A stretch of DNA of 52,668 nucleotides, counting the filler, from Sphacelaria rigidula (lineage: Eukaryota), in the NCBI GenBank assembly GCA_964200075.2. It is 2 parts of 2 records of this genome, joined end to end, with 100 filler letters (N's around TTAATTAATTAA, not from the genome) between each part and the next. Parts side by side here need not be neighbours in the genome. Positions count along the whole stretch, not along the records: positions 1 to 26,284 come from CAXNAA020000143.1; 1 more part is not named here. The stretch is one strand, 5' to 3'. Of the stretch, positions 1 through 10,134 are shown piece by piece (within the stretch, counting starts at the first letter, position 1; every line of letters starts with the position of its first letter). The notes beneath the pieces are model-generated. The model made no database searches and had not been told where the DNA came from. It saw only the letters and a list, made by a program, of their open reading frames with translations. The translations under genes were made by a program, and so were the position numbers.

Positions 1-776
1 AGGCAAGCAACAAATGAGTACGCCCCCCCCCCGAGTTTCTGTGTTGAGATGTAAGCGGTACTTCAATCCAAGAGATGAACCGGAACCGCCGAAATCTTCA
101 CCCTGGGGTTTGAGGCAGTACGTGTTGAGTCAATATTCGGAACTATCACCTCCGTTACACTTGACCGAGGAAGATGTGTCGATACAGCTGGACACATATC
201 GGCTGAAGCCCACGAAGATTGTGAGTCATCGTTTATCCCGTGGTTTGGGTGGAAAACTCTCAGTTCAATATTTACTATATTGGGAGAATCTAGAAAGGCC
301 CAGGTAGTAACATGAAGAGGACTTGAAACAATATGGAAGGGTAATTTTAACATATTGGATGGGGAGCCCGAATATCGAAAAACCGGATAACGCGAAGTAT
401 CGAAAATACCGAGTAAATTTGGCAAGAAGGGCGGAGGCTGGGGAAAGAGGTGGAATGTTTGTGGCTCAAGGTTATGAACTGAGGAGCAATGTCACCGCTG
501 GTCCTCATATCTATGACCCTCAACTTGTCGGTTGTTATATTTATTATTTATTTGACGCAGACGAGGGGGTGGCAATTGGCACAAGTAATGGCTCTTCAGG
601 AGGATACGGCTTTACAAAGGCGACCGCACACTCTGAGGATGTTGGACCTTGGGCGGAGGTATAATGCTCATCTTTTGGAGGAAAATTTGAATACTTTGCG
701 GAACCAAGTGGGGGATTGGTGCTGGCACTACCATGTGCAAAAGAGAACTTCAAAGTTCTTTGCGCACACGCTATAG
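1..776 (+). mobile_element. Degenerate Ty3/gypsy LTR-retrotransposon pol C-terminus (post-integrase chromodomain-like region), with stops and frameshifts
   Basis: ORFs 14-307, 323-664 and 489-776 read RVSVLRCKRYFNPRD...GLRQYVLSQYSELSPPLHLTEEDV...KIVSHRLSRGLGGKLSVQYLLYWENLERP, then ILTYWMGSP...YRKYR, then GWQLAQV...GDWCWHYH. This resembles, from memory, the pol tail of brown-algal gypsy elements. In-frame TAG/TAA near 305-310 and a frame change show decay. Confidence 0.7.
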
Positions 777-831
777 CTGAAGCCTTTGGAGGAGAACCGC
801 GATCATTATCGGATCTGAAGAAGGACATCAG

Positions 832-1078
832 ACTGCTGCCGAGATAGCCCCCCCCCCGGACCGGCCAAAAAAGTGCACGGAGGCGATGACCATAAATGCC
901 GTTAGAGCTGGTTTCGTGCTGCACGACGCGACTCATTTGGGTGTCATATCTGATTTCGGACTGCTACACGCCTCTCATGTGGGCGAAATTGCTGCAAACG
1001 AGCCCAATAGTGGGTTAGCAGCCGGTTTGTGGGATGGTCTGCATGGCACTTTTTATGGGGGGCTATCTCGGCATTAGT
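832..1078. mobile_element. MITE with ~20 bp TIRs inserted in the gypsy remnant
   Basis: Left end ACTGCTGCCGAGATAGCCCCCC and right end GGGGGGCTATCTCGGCATTAGT are inverted repeats. Flanked by direct repeat CATCAG (826-831 and 1079-1084). A second copy lies at 31535-31719. Confidence 0.8.
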
Positions 1079-4000
1079 CATCAGAAGATATGGATGACTG
1101 GGATGGTTTGGCATCGGTACAAGACGACGAGATGGAGAAGAAGCTGTGCCAGGAGAACGATGAAATGGCTAGATTAACTTTCTCATCTTAGTTGAATGTT
1201 TTCTCTGTTTTACCTTGGGGTTGACTGTTGTAGTAATTGTGTAGGTTGAACACAGGCGGCAGTTTCAGTGAAGAGAGCCGATTTGTGAAGTGTAATGCAT
1301 GTTAAAGTAGGATACGATAAGGAATGTAGTCATGATTTTGAGTTGTTCTATCGGAATCAAATGAGTTGGGGGCGGCTGGGTTGAGTATCAATGGGATATA
1401 TTGATGCTCCCCAGCGTTTTTGGCGTTTTTAAATTAGTTTGTTCACCGAAATCGTCTCAACTAAAGATGAAATTTAGGTTCACAGAATGGGCTGATGTGG
1501 TGAGCCGAACTCTCGGAGGCGTTTTGGTTTTGTACAGAACTAGTTCCAGTTTAAATATATGAACTTGTGTACCGGTAAATCGGGATAAAACATGATCAAC
1601 GAACACTTGTCCTGAGTTCAAAGATGGAATTGCAGTATTTCAAGACTTGGCAAGTATAAATCGGGTCTCGGGCTAAAGGGGAGTTGGTATGTCCGATGTT
1701 GAAGTGTTAAAAATTAAGGAAAAACTTGTAATCCGGATCGGAAGGTCAGAGCAGTAGGAGGATGTTGAAGGCTAGATTCAAGGGATGTGATGCGCTGTGG
1801 ACTAGTGTTGGACTACAGACGAGGAAAGCTGACTGTTGAGTGTACTTTGAGACTGAAAAGTGAGTTCTTTTAGAATAACATCACAGGTTAGGTGGTCAAG
1901 TACGACAGAACGGATGAGGAAGTACCGAGTTGAGGGCCGAAGGGTTTTCGGCACTCAACCCCCGCGAGCTTCACTCTCTCTTTATACCTTGTTTTCTTGG
2001 TTGACGGTTGTGGTTTTTGGGTGCTATTTCAAGAGCAGTTACGGGTGCTGATGATTTGTGTGAGGGAATACAAATTCCATTACAAATAACGAAAGAAAGA
2101 AGCATAAAACCTCATTTTTGAGTTCTGGGCACAGCGGGTCCTTCTCTCATCTTGGTTTTGACTGAACATCACATCTAGCTCCTACAAAACGGTTAAACCT
2201 ACAATTTGAGAAGTGAGCGACAGCTTCTCTGACGACAACCTCTGTTGAACAAGGGGGTCTAGGTGACGTCCGATTCCTGAATATCAAGTATGTGCGAATG
2301 TGGGAAAGTCCATTAGTGGCGTCGCGGTGGCGTCCCCACCTCGCTCACTCAGCTCCTTGTCCTCAACAACACTCTCTCGAGGTTGTAACATCACTTGGGC
2401 GCTCTGTGATAAACGGTGAACGGTCTACCCTGTGCCTGAGCCAACAAATAACGCTGAGGTGTTGTTGCGGAGAACACGCTGCATCCCATGTATGTGTAGA
2501 AGGACGGTCGGTTGCGCCGACCAACCATATCTGTAGAGACTCCTCGTATGGTTGCGACACATCAGCCCGTTACCTGATTCATGTGACATGGCCACTGTCG
2601 TGCCTCTCAAAAGCTGGCCGTCGAAGTGCGTCTCCCGATATCTGAATCGGCGTTTTGTTTTCAAAGGTTGGGCTTGACGCTGACGCATTTCCCATACCTT
2701 ACCATGAGGGGACTGTGGCGTTTCCAGTTTCCCAACTGTGCCTACAACTTTTTCCACTCGATTTCCGTTCACAACAACACAACGCGAATACCGACAACAT
2801 TCCACTGTCCCTGCCTTCGGGTGACGACCATATCCATGGAATTTCCCCCCCCCTCCTCATGAGTACACCCCCTCCTCCCCCTCCCCCCCCCCGCCCCCGC
2901 CCACAAACACTATACCAACCCCTGACCATACCTATATTTCGCTACCCTATACCACCCAAGCATAATATGCAACGCAGCGCTTGGATCGCGCTGTAAAACC
3001 TATCGCACGTTTCCTCTCCGTTGTCTCTCGCCTAAACACCCAATCCCCTCTCCCCGAATAAACGCCAGTCAACACCCCGCAAAAGTCGTGTCGCTACACT
3101 TATCAAAGCCGAGCAAGACAGACCACGAACCATTGGGAAACTACCACCTGCCTTAGCGGACGGTGCTCTTTCCCCTACGCTGCTTCACTCTAAGCTATAA
3201 TGCGCACGTGACACCACCTAACGCCGTGATGCTCTATATCCCATGATATGGTGCTGCCTCGTGGCGCACGCGTTTCCCCCCCCAAAATGCTACACTTCAC
3301 GAATTAACTCCCAGAAACGTCCACCCAAGGGCCTGTAATCATATCTGCTGAAACCGTACACGTGAGAAACTACCCATATTTACTGTCTCTTTCGTACCCT
3401 ATACTAACGAAACCGCCGACGTACGCTGTGACAAGCACCTGCTTTTTGCCCACTCTCTTCTGTGTGCCGTGTGATGATCTCGCACAACTCTTAGCACATC
3501 CGCTAAACCTAACATGTCGCGTAGGACAAGAAGAATAAAAACAAATAAACTCATAAGGCGCTAACAATGTATACTGCAATGCGTACGTACGTGATTTGCT
3601 TCTAAGAACAAAGGGAACCATACCCAGCACTAGTGTAGGATAGGTGAAGTAGGGAGGACTCTGAAACCAAATTATTTTGAAAAAATGGACACAAACATGC
3701 AGTGTGCGGTGTGTGGTCTCTCTACCGAAAGGATTCGGGGACGTGAAAGCGGGAGGGAAAAAAAACGAAATCTAGAATTACACACGAGACTAGATTGATA
3801 CCCTAAAAAACACACACATCATGCATGTGGCCTGTACATCGCTGCTTAACATGGTCGCTCTTCTACAGCGACGACACGAGAAAATCGAACGTGGTACATT
3901 GTGTGCGTATGAATATATACTCCAAGTGTTCGTCGTGTCTGGAGTGTGCAACATCAATTGTGAATGCGGCTCTCTACTCATGCCTAGTACCCCTGCAACG

Positions 4001-4563
4001 CGGATGACACACTGACGGTATCTATCAAGCTCTCTCATTTACGGCAACACCGCTCGTCTTACTGCATAAATTGCGTGTGGTGCACGATCTCTGTATGTCT
4101 AACACCCTCCAAGATCTCTCCAACCCGCTGGCCTTCTCCACGCCCGTCGGCAGCACAAGGATCCGGTCAGCTAAATTCACTTGTCGCGTTGCTGCGGGAA
4201 ATCTCCACTCGGTACGAAAAGTCGAATATGCTGGTCGGTATGAAGAGATTATGTGATACTCTCCTTATCTTCCCGCTGCTGGCAAAAAGAAGTGCGCAAA
4301 CGAGACGCCTAGAAATACAATACTAGTACAACTGAGAAATACAAACAGACACTAATTTCGCGCAATATCTGAGCTTGACATCCTGGAAGAGGGTGTCGCT
4401 AAAGAGTATGCAAAAAGGTAGTGCTTGAGGTAATAACATTACTGACAGTCTCGACACATGAGGGTAGTCTAGAGCTACGACGGCTGCTGCACCAAGTCCA
4501 GTGACTACGCGAGACGAGTGTTTTGCGTGTGAAAAGTTGTGATGGCAACCGACTTAGCCCTAT

Positions 4564-4764
4564 TCAACATTTAGGGCTGAATTGGGAATCGGATTGCGTG
4601 TTGAAGCAAGAGCCACCTGTCACCTTTACGGCGACGTTCGTGGCGTTGTAGCCGTTGTTGTCCCTGAAGACCGTGCCGGTTGAGTTAGAGAATATCATTG
4701 ATTGAAGATTTTTTATTCGATTGCCAGTAATCACCGTGTCTTCGGCCCCTGTCAGCTTGATACA
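4564..4764 (-). CDS. Mannuronan C-5-epimerase-like gene, terminal exon
   Basis: Acceptor ccgtag, then CIKLTGAEDTVITGNRIKNLQSMIFSNSTGTVFRDNNGYNATNVAVKVTGGSCFNTQSDSQFSPKC-stop. 201 nt, phase 0. Matches the remembered G-x-C-F...S-D...P-x-C C-terminus of brown-algal mannuronan C-5-epimerases. Confidence 0.8.
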   Translation of the reverse strand, partial: CIKLTGAEDTVITGNRIKNLQSMIFSNSTGTVFRDNNGYNATNVAVKVTGGSCFNTQSDSQFSPKC

Positions 4765-4940
4765 CTACGGGCAGTTGAACACGGAGACGGGCAATTAAGA
4801 GAGGCAGCGGCGGGGAGGACGGGAGCGCGCGCGCGGGAGGGAAGGGGAGTCTCGTGATAACTCACGCCCTAGTCTTTCAATCGTTGATCTCGTATCCTTA
4901 CAAGAGCGAGATGGAACGAGAGTTGCAATATCGCACAACC

Positions 4941-5152
4941 TTTATCTGGGATATCATGCCCATCGAGGATGTCTATCTGGGATATCGTATCCACCTTGGC
5001 CGTCGATCTTCAACATCAATATCCCAAATAAGTGCCCAGAACCCAGATAGACGCCCACATCCTAGATGAATCTGACACCCAGATAGATCTGACATCCCAG
5101 ATAGGTCTAATATCCTAGATAGATCTGATATCCCAGATAGATCTGATATCCA
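4941..5152. repeat. 18-bp minisatellite (ATCCCAGATAGATCTGAY-like) with upstream inverted copies
   Basis: About 6 degenerate tandem units at 5041-5152. The reverse-complement motif TATCTGGGATATC occurs twice at about 4943-4986. Confidence 0.7.
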
Positions 5153-5444
5153 AGACGAGCAATGATACTCCAGATGGACGTTTGTGTAACAGAAAGGGTT
5201 TGTACGGCAGCACGAGACCGTGTTGCTGGAGCGATGCTGTGGATTCTGCTGGCCGAATTGGGAGTGATTGCAACACTCAATCAGACTCTGCCACCGGTAT
5301 ATTTGTCATTCGCACAGCCTAGACTTGCGCCTGACGGAGACACGAGAATACCCAATTGCCGCATGTAACGTGGTTCTTCATCTCCATGACTTTTCGCAAC
5401 AGGCAGCGCACAAGTCGGGAGGGGAGGGGTTCAGTCATGATCTC

Positions 5445-5672
5445 GCATGCCGTAGTCGTATGACCATTGGCCTCGCATCCCTGCAATGCCGGGATGGAGC
5501 ACGCCGGGGTTTCGCCGGACCAGGCTCGCGACCAATCACCAAGCGGGAAGCGCCAAAGTCCCGCGAAGGGTAAGCTGCATCCTGCTACAATTGTTCGGCC
5601 CGAAGCGTGCTGATTATCTTGCATATGGATGACAGCCTCCAATGAGTTGCATCATTGTCTGGTGTCGCCACT
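5445..5672. repeat. Dispersed repeat, copy 1 (intronic)
   Basis: Aligns by eye with 52384-52603, e.g. GCTGCATCCTGCT...TTGTTCGGCCCGAAGC...CTTGCATA.GGATGACAGCCTC...CTGGTGTCGCCAC. Confidence 0.75.
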
Positions 5673-6325
5673 GCCAGAGACAGCCACAGGTTCCACACTG
5701 CCTCATGGGCGTCTCGCCATTCAAATACAGTACCTGGGAAGATCATCCCGTTTGCATGGAGTGGACGTTTTCGCACCCCGCACAATATGATCAAGCTCGA
5801 CCACATGGTTACCGCAAAAAACGCAGGCACACGAAAAAAAACAGTCACGTGGCTGCTTAGCCTACGCAGTGAGTGGCGTGTTTTACAGCGTCGGTTGGCA
5901 ACCGACGCCAACCCCGTGAGGGAGTAGGGGGTGGGGGGAGGGGGCATATAGAACCAATAGATCAACATCACAATGGTGCCGCGGCATTTAGCACCCAAGC
6001 AATCGGGATATCGACAATTACGATCTTTGTCGTGCGGGAAAGCGGCTTGGTCATGTGTAGAAACACGCGCCGTATGGAAAATAGCGAAATGAGCAAAAAT
6101 TACCGACACGACGTTCAAGAGGCGAGACCCAGCCGACACGTGGCCAACGAACGTATGATGGAACAACGTCAAGCGAACAAAGCCGAGGAAACAACCAACC
6201 GAATCGCTCAAACACGACGAGCAACTCAGCTAAAACCCAGCAGATTTACACCCCCTCAAGTGGAGCAACCCTTCTTATCGCGTGCCGTGGACCCTAGCGC
6301 TCGATTTCGAGGACACCCCGCTCAC

Positions 6326-6437
6326 CGTCGTGTCAGGCTCGCACCATAAGTCGTTCTGCGCAAATTTGTTGTTGGTGGGCTTGCCCGAAGGAGCTACCCA
6401 CGTAGGGTCGGATCCAACGTAGGTGAACACGGCGTAC
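6326..6437 (-). CDS. Mannuronan C-5-epimerase-like gene, penultimate exon
   Basis: Acceptor gtcgtag, donor GTGAGC. 112 nt, phase 2 to 0. Reads (Q)YAVFTYVGSDPTWVAPSGKPTNNKFAQNDLWCEPDTT, containing the Y-x-G-S-D...S-G-K/R-P motif. Phase-compatible with both neighbouring exons. Confidence 0.8.
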
Positions 6438-7120
6438 CTACGACACGAGGGAAGCGTGCACGGCCGGGGGGAGGGGGTGGGGAGGGGCAGTTGTACTATG
6501 TTATCGTCTAGAGGAAAAGCAGGGGAAAATATAAGATATTCGTGTTTGACTCAGATATGACTCTGAGAAGTCCACGTTCCGTCCAAAAGTATCCGGGCTC
6601 ATCTCGGAAGATTCCCCGCGCTACTTCTGCCGCGCTATTTTTTGCCGCAATATGGTGTATGGGAATTTCGGGGTAGTATCGCACTACTTTGCAATTCCCA
6701 CAACAGTACATGTCCAGGTGATACAAGCATGCGTATCTTTTTCGGAAAGAGGATGGGATGAGAGGGGTGGCGGGGGGATGGGTGGGAAGAGGCACAAAAC
6801 AGGCTCTGCAGAGAGAGCTTGAGAAAACCACCTTCAGCAACGTTCGGCCAAGCGTATGCCCCAGGACATATTCTCGGAAGAAAAATCATGTCTACACGGG
6901 CAGGATGCTTGTCCTTTTGCTTCTGCCTGCGGTATGCTTACTCACTGGGAGTTGCCGCTATACGGCGTTGTTGGGGCCGACGTCGACAACTCCGTAAAGA
7001 CGATACTCGAACGTATTAGAGCTACAAAACATCGAGAAAAACACTCAAACACCATGCACTAGGTGAGGTGTGCTATTCTCCGTACGCCGACTTCTGCCCA
7101 CGCTGTGCGAGTGTACTCAC

Positions 7121-7283
7121 TGTGAGCTGCCGTGGATGATGTTGTAGGAAAACCTGTTGTGAGCAGATCCGACGGACAGGCGGATACCATACTTGTTCCG
7201 GCGGAGCTCGTTCTCTGTCACCAAGGCGTTGTTCGACTCAAGGAACGCAATGCCGGCGTCCTCGTTGCCGTACACCTTGTTTC
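7121..7283 (-). CDS. Mannuronan C-5-epimerase-like gene, beta-helix exon
   Basis: Acceptor gctcag, donor GTGAGT. 163 nt, phase 1 to 2. Reads (x)NKVYGNEDAGIAFLESNNALVTENELRRNKYGIRLSVGSAHNRFSYNIIHGSS(Q). The DAG.A.LES and NKYGIRLSVG motifs are typical of brown-algal AlgG-like epimerase right-handed beta-helix repeats. Confidence 0.85.
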
Positions 7284-7463
7284 CTGAGCACACGATGAAC
7301 GCGCGGGGTATGGAGGACAGTGACTCGCGTACAAATTGCTATGCGCGCTGTCAAGATATCGCAATAATCACTGAGCGACACAGTCAGCGACAGAGGAGCA
7401 CATCGAGGTCTGATTGAAACACGGTGGGCGGGAATAAGTATAATATACCCTATATAACCATGC

Positions 7464-7940
7464 GCCCCGGTGGTGTAATGGTCCGACTGTCGCCATTAGG
7501 GTGGAGAGAACGGTGGTTCGATTCCTGATGCGTTGGGTTTTTTCTTCGTAATGTATGCTTTCCACCGTGGAAAGCGCGAGAACGTGAGTAAACAAAATAG
7601 TTGACTGGGTTTGTGCGACGTGAGTTGACGCGGTGCGGGAATGCTGACCCAATCCGCGAGATCAAAATGAAAGGCACGTACCGGGGGAGAAATGGGTTGG
7701 TCCCTCGAGATCACGGACTCATCCCCAGGAAGGGGAGGGGATCGAAGTGTGAGGAAAAAACAAAACAAAACGTCCATGAGCAACTTCTCGGACCGAGTGG
7801 ATAGTGTGAGTAAAAGCGCACCGTGCTTGCAGTGGTACGCGCCGTGTCCAGAGCAAAGGCGCGGATGACAACCCGCGGCCGGGTGCGCGAAAAAAAAGGC
7901 AAAAGTAATGCCGCAATAGCTCCCCCACACACACGGCGCA
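7464..7940 (+). mobile_element. tRNA-derived SINE (family B)
   Basis: Pol III A box TGGTGTAATGG (7471-7481) and B box GGTTCGATTCC (7515-7525) in a tRNA-like head lacking an acceptor stem. Followed by a ~400 bp body and a CA-rich tail. The 3' boundary is approximate. Confidence 0.55.
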
Positions 7941-8392
7941 TGATAACTGGTTTCAGACGGCATCAAGCGCCTACTTTAGTATGGGTGACATTGAAAACCG
8001 GGGGAGCTACTTCTCATCGGTTTTGGTGGCGTCTATCTTCTTATTTTATTTTTGGTAATGTGTCTTGTAAGGAATACCAGGGACGATATTGGAAAGGCGA
8101 GCCTACGTCTGTGACCACGGGTTCGCGAGATCGGACTTATGTGCGGAAATGATAATAATATCAAAATAATAATGGCGGAAACGATCCCAAGCGTGGTAGT
8201 TCCCAGCTGCTCGTACTGCTCGCCTTCTGACATTTTCACCAACGTACATCTTGCCTCCTCAAACCAGCCACTTTTCTGGGGGGTGGAGGCTATCGCGGCA
8301 CCGGTCGCCTTTGCAACGGAGCGGCAACAAATACCGTCATGCATCCAACTATCCTCCGGGACGTGTATGCGACGAACTTTGCGGGCGGGGGA

Positions 8393-8667
8393 CAAACTTG
8401 CACACATCGGACACGTCATGAGCTACCTATATATTACTTGTTATTAGAGTATTGATCCGGATCATGAGCTAGCTCATCAAGCCACTATTTCCGTATTGGC
8501 TCCCGACAGCGATGGACGCCTAGCACGCGGTGTAGCGGGAAGGTAACGCTTGGGCTTCCTCGGACACTACTGTCACGTGTTTTGTGTTCATGTACAAGAG
8601 ATCTGAGAGTTCTCTTCGATTACTTATTTCGGGTGGCTCATGAGCTGTCCCACGTGTGCAAAGTTGG
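8393..8667. mobile_element. MITE with imperfect ~34 bp TIRs
   Basis: CAAACTTGCACACATCGGACACGTCATGAGCTAC versus reverse complement of the right end CCAACTTTGCACACGTGGGACAGCTCATGAGCCAC. Confidence 0.6.
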
Positions 8668-9004
8668 CTTGAGACTTAATCGACCGAAATGTAACACGAT
8701 TAGGACGAATCATATCGACTGAGAATCACTGAATCCACGTTTTTTTCGGCCTGACTGCCCAAAAGGGAGAGAAAAGTTGACTGCTGGTCCAAGGGGTATC
8801 CACGCAACTTTTGCGCCATTCCACGTGTCTGGGCTGCGTGTACCTGGGTTGCAATGCTGAAAACGAAGCCCAGGGACTGATTTGTACGATTCGAATCAAC
8901 TATACTAGAACCAAGTAATTTACAGACGAATAATTATTTGTCCGACCCTTGCACTTAATCGAATGAAATGTGACACACCCTTACACGCCTGACTCTTGTC
9001 TCAC

Positions 9005-9132
9005 CTGCTGTCGTGTACTTGCGTCTCGTTAGGCTTGCTGTGATTCACAACGCTGGGGTGTACGTTGTGGTGGTGGTAAACCACCTCTTCCTCGTCGGCG
9101 TCGTCCTGCGATTCCAGATCGTCATCCCCTCC
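9005..9132 (-). CDS. Putative acidic low-complexity exon upstream of the epimerase exons
   Basis: Acceptor ggaag, donor GTGAGA. Reads GGDDDLESQDDADEEEVVYHHHNVHPSVVNHSKPNETQVHDS, phase 0 to 2. Compatible with the exon at 10009-10134 but not directly with 7121-7283. Confidence 0.5.
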
Positions 9133-10008
9133 CTTCCACAGAGAAGCGGGGAGAAAAAAAAAATCCCAAGGATACGAGACAACACGGTGGATTTTGTGAG
9201 ATGTTGAAAAAATATACTTCGTATGGCGAACGTTTTATCTCTCCAGGTACAGCACAGTACACTCATGCATTTCCACACTATTTTTTTTTTCATAACTCGG
9301 TACTCCGGAGTACGTAAGGGTGTACATATCGACCGCGGAAAGTACTACTTTGAATTAACCCTGACCTTCATTACTAAGCAATTTGAAGTACTTGACTGAC
9401 AGTCCAGAATACCCGATAGTGTCCAAAATACTGCGTATTCTAGAGGACCTGGAGAATTGGATACTTGTAAGGGCAAAGTACTGACCACTATGGCGTAACG
9501 ACTTTGTATTCATTTTTTTTCTTCAAAATCTCTTAGTCTTCAATGTCGTCATGTTCAAGTTCTTCCGTTTTTTTGTTCTTGGGAACGTGTATCAGGTGAC
9601 CACGGCTGGATCATGACTACCTGCGGGGTCAAAGTGCGACGATCGATCAATCAACGAGTTCTCTACAATACCTGAAGTAGCAACTGCCGCAAAATGCCAC
9701 CTACTTCACCGAACATGGACTATTGGATCCCTTCAAGTACTGAGAAGCACAGAAGAACTGGACTGCCGCCTGCTTCAAAGTGCTACACGGTATTCTAGAG
9801 TCTTCCGAGTACCTCAAGTATCGGCGGCCAAAACTACTGAGAATCTTCGATTTGAGAACCCGGGGTGTTGATACTTCAACTACCCATGCTCAGACTCTAC
9901 CTCACCCTATACCTCGGGCACTTTTGACTAGTCTCCGTGTGCGCAAAAAACAAATCCAGCACCGGTAGCGATTTCATAGAGGTCACAAAAAAAGCACATA
10001 GATCGTAC

Positions 10009-10134
10009 CTCTTCCAAGGCGTATGTCATCGGGTCATGCCCCCCATCGGCATCTCCCACGGTCGAGGTAGGCGCGCGGCCGCCTGTCCTGGCGCTACGGC
10101 GATCTTTAGCTCTGGCCTTTTCATCCTCAGAAGT
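10009..10134 (-). CDS. Putative exon upstream of the acidic exon
   Basis: Strong acceptor tttctttttcag, donor GTACGA. 126 nt, phase 0 to 0. Reads TSEDEKARAKDRRSARTGGRAPTSTVGDADGGHDPMTYALEE. Confidence 0.5.

Noticed and set aside
1190..2700. Defined LTR, PPT or PBS for the gypsy element
   Set aside because: No second LTR is in the window and there is no unambiguous TG...CA boundary, so limits could not be supported.
5585..6211. 208-aa minus ORF whose end resembles ORF 52394-52609 (VATPDNDATHWRLSSICK versus VATPENEAIHSRLSSLCK)
   Set aside because: In the 24 codons I aligned, 8 of 9 differences are non-synonymous and one copy has a stop just downstream. This fits neutral divergence of a DNA repeat, not a conserved protein.
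7464..7535. Functional tRNA gene (also 12940-13001 and 25504-25575)
   Set aside because: A and B boxes are present but there is no closing acceptor stem, and each head continues into a longer body with a CA-rich tail, which indicates a SINE.
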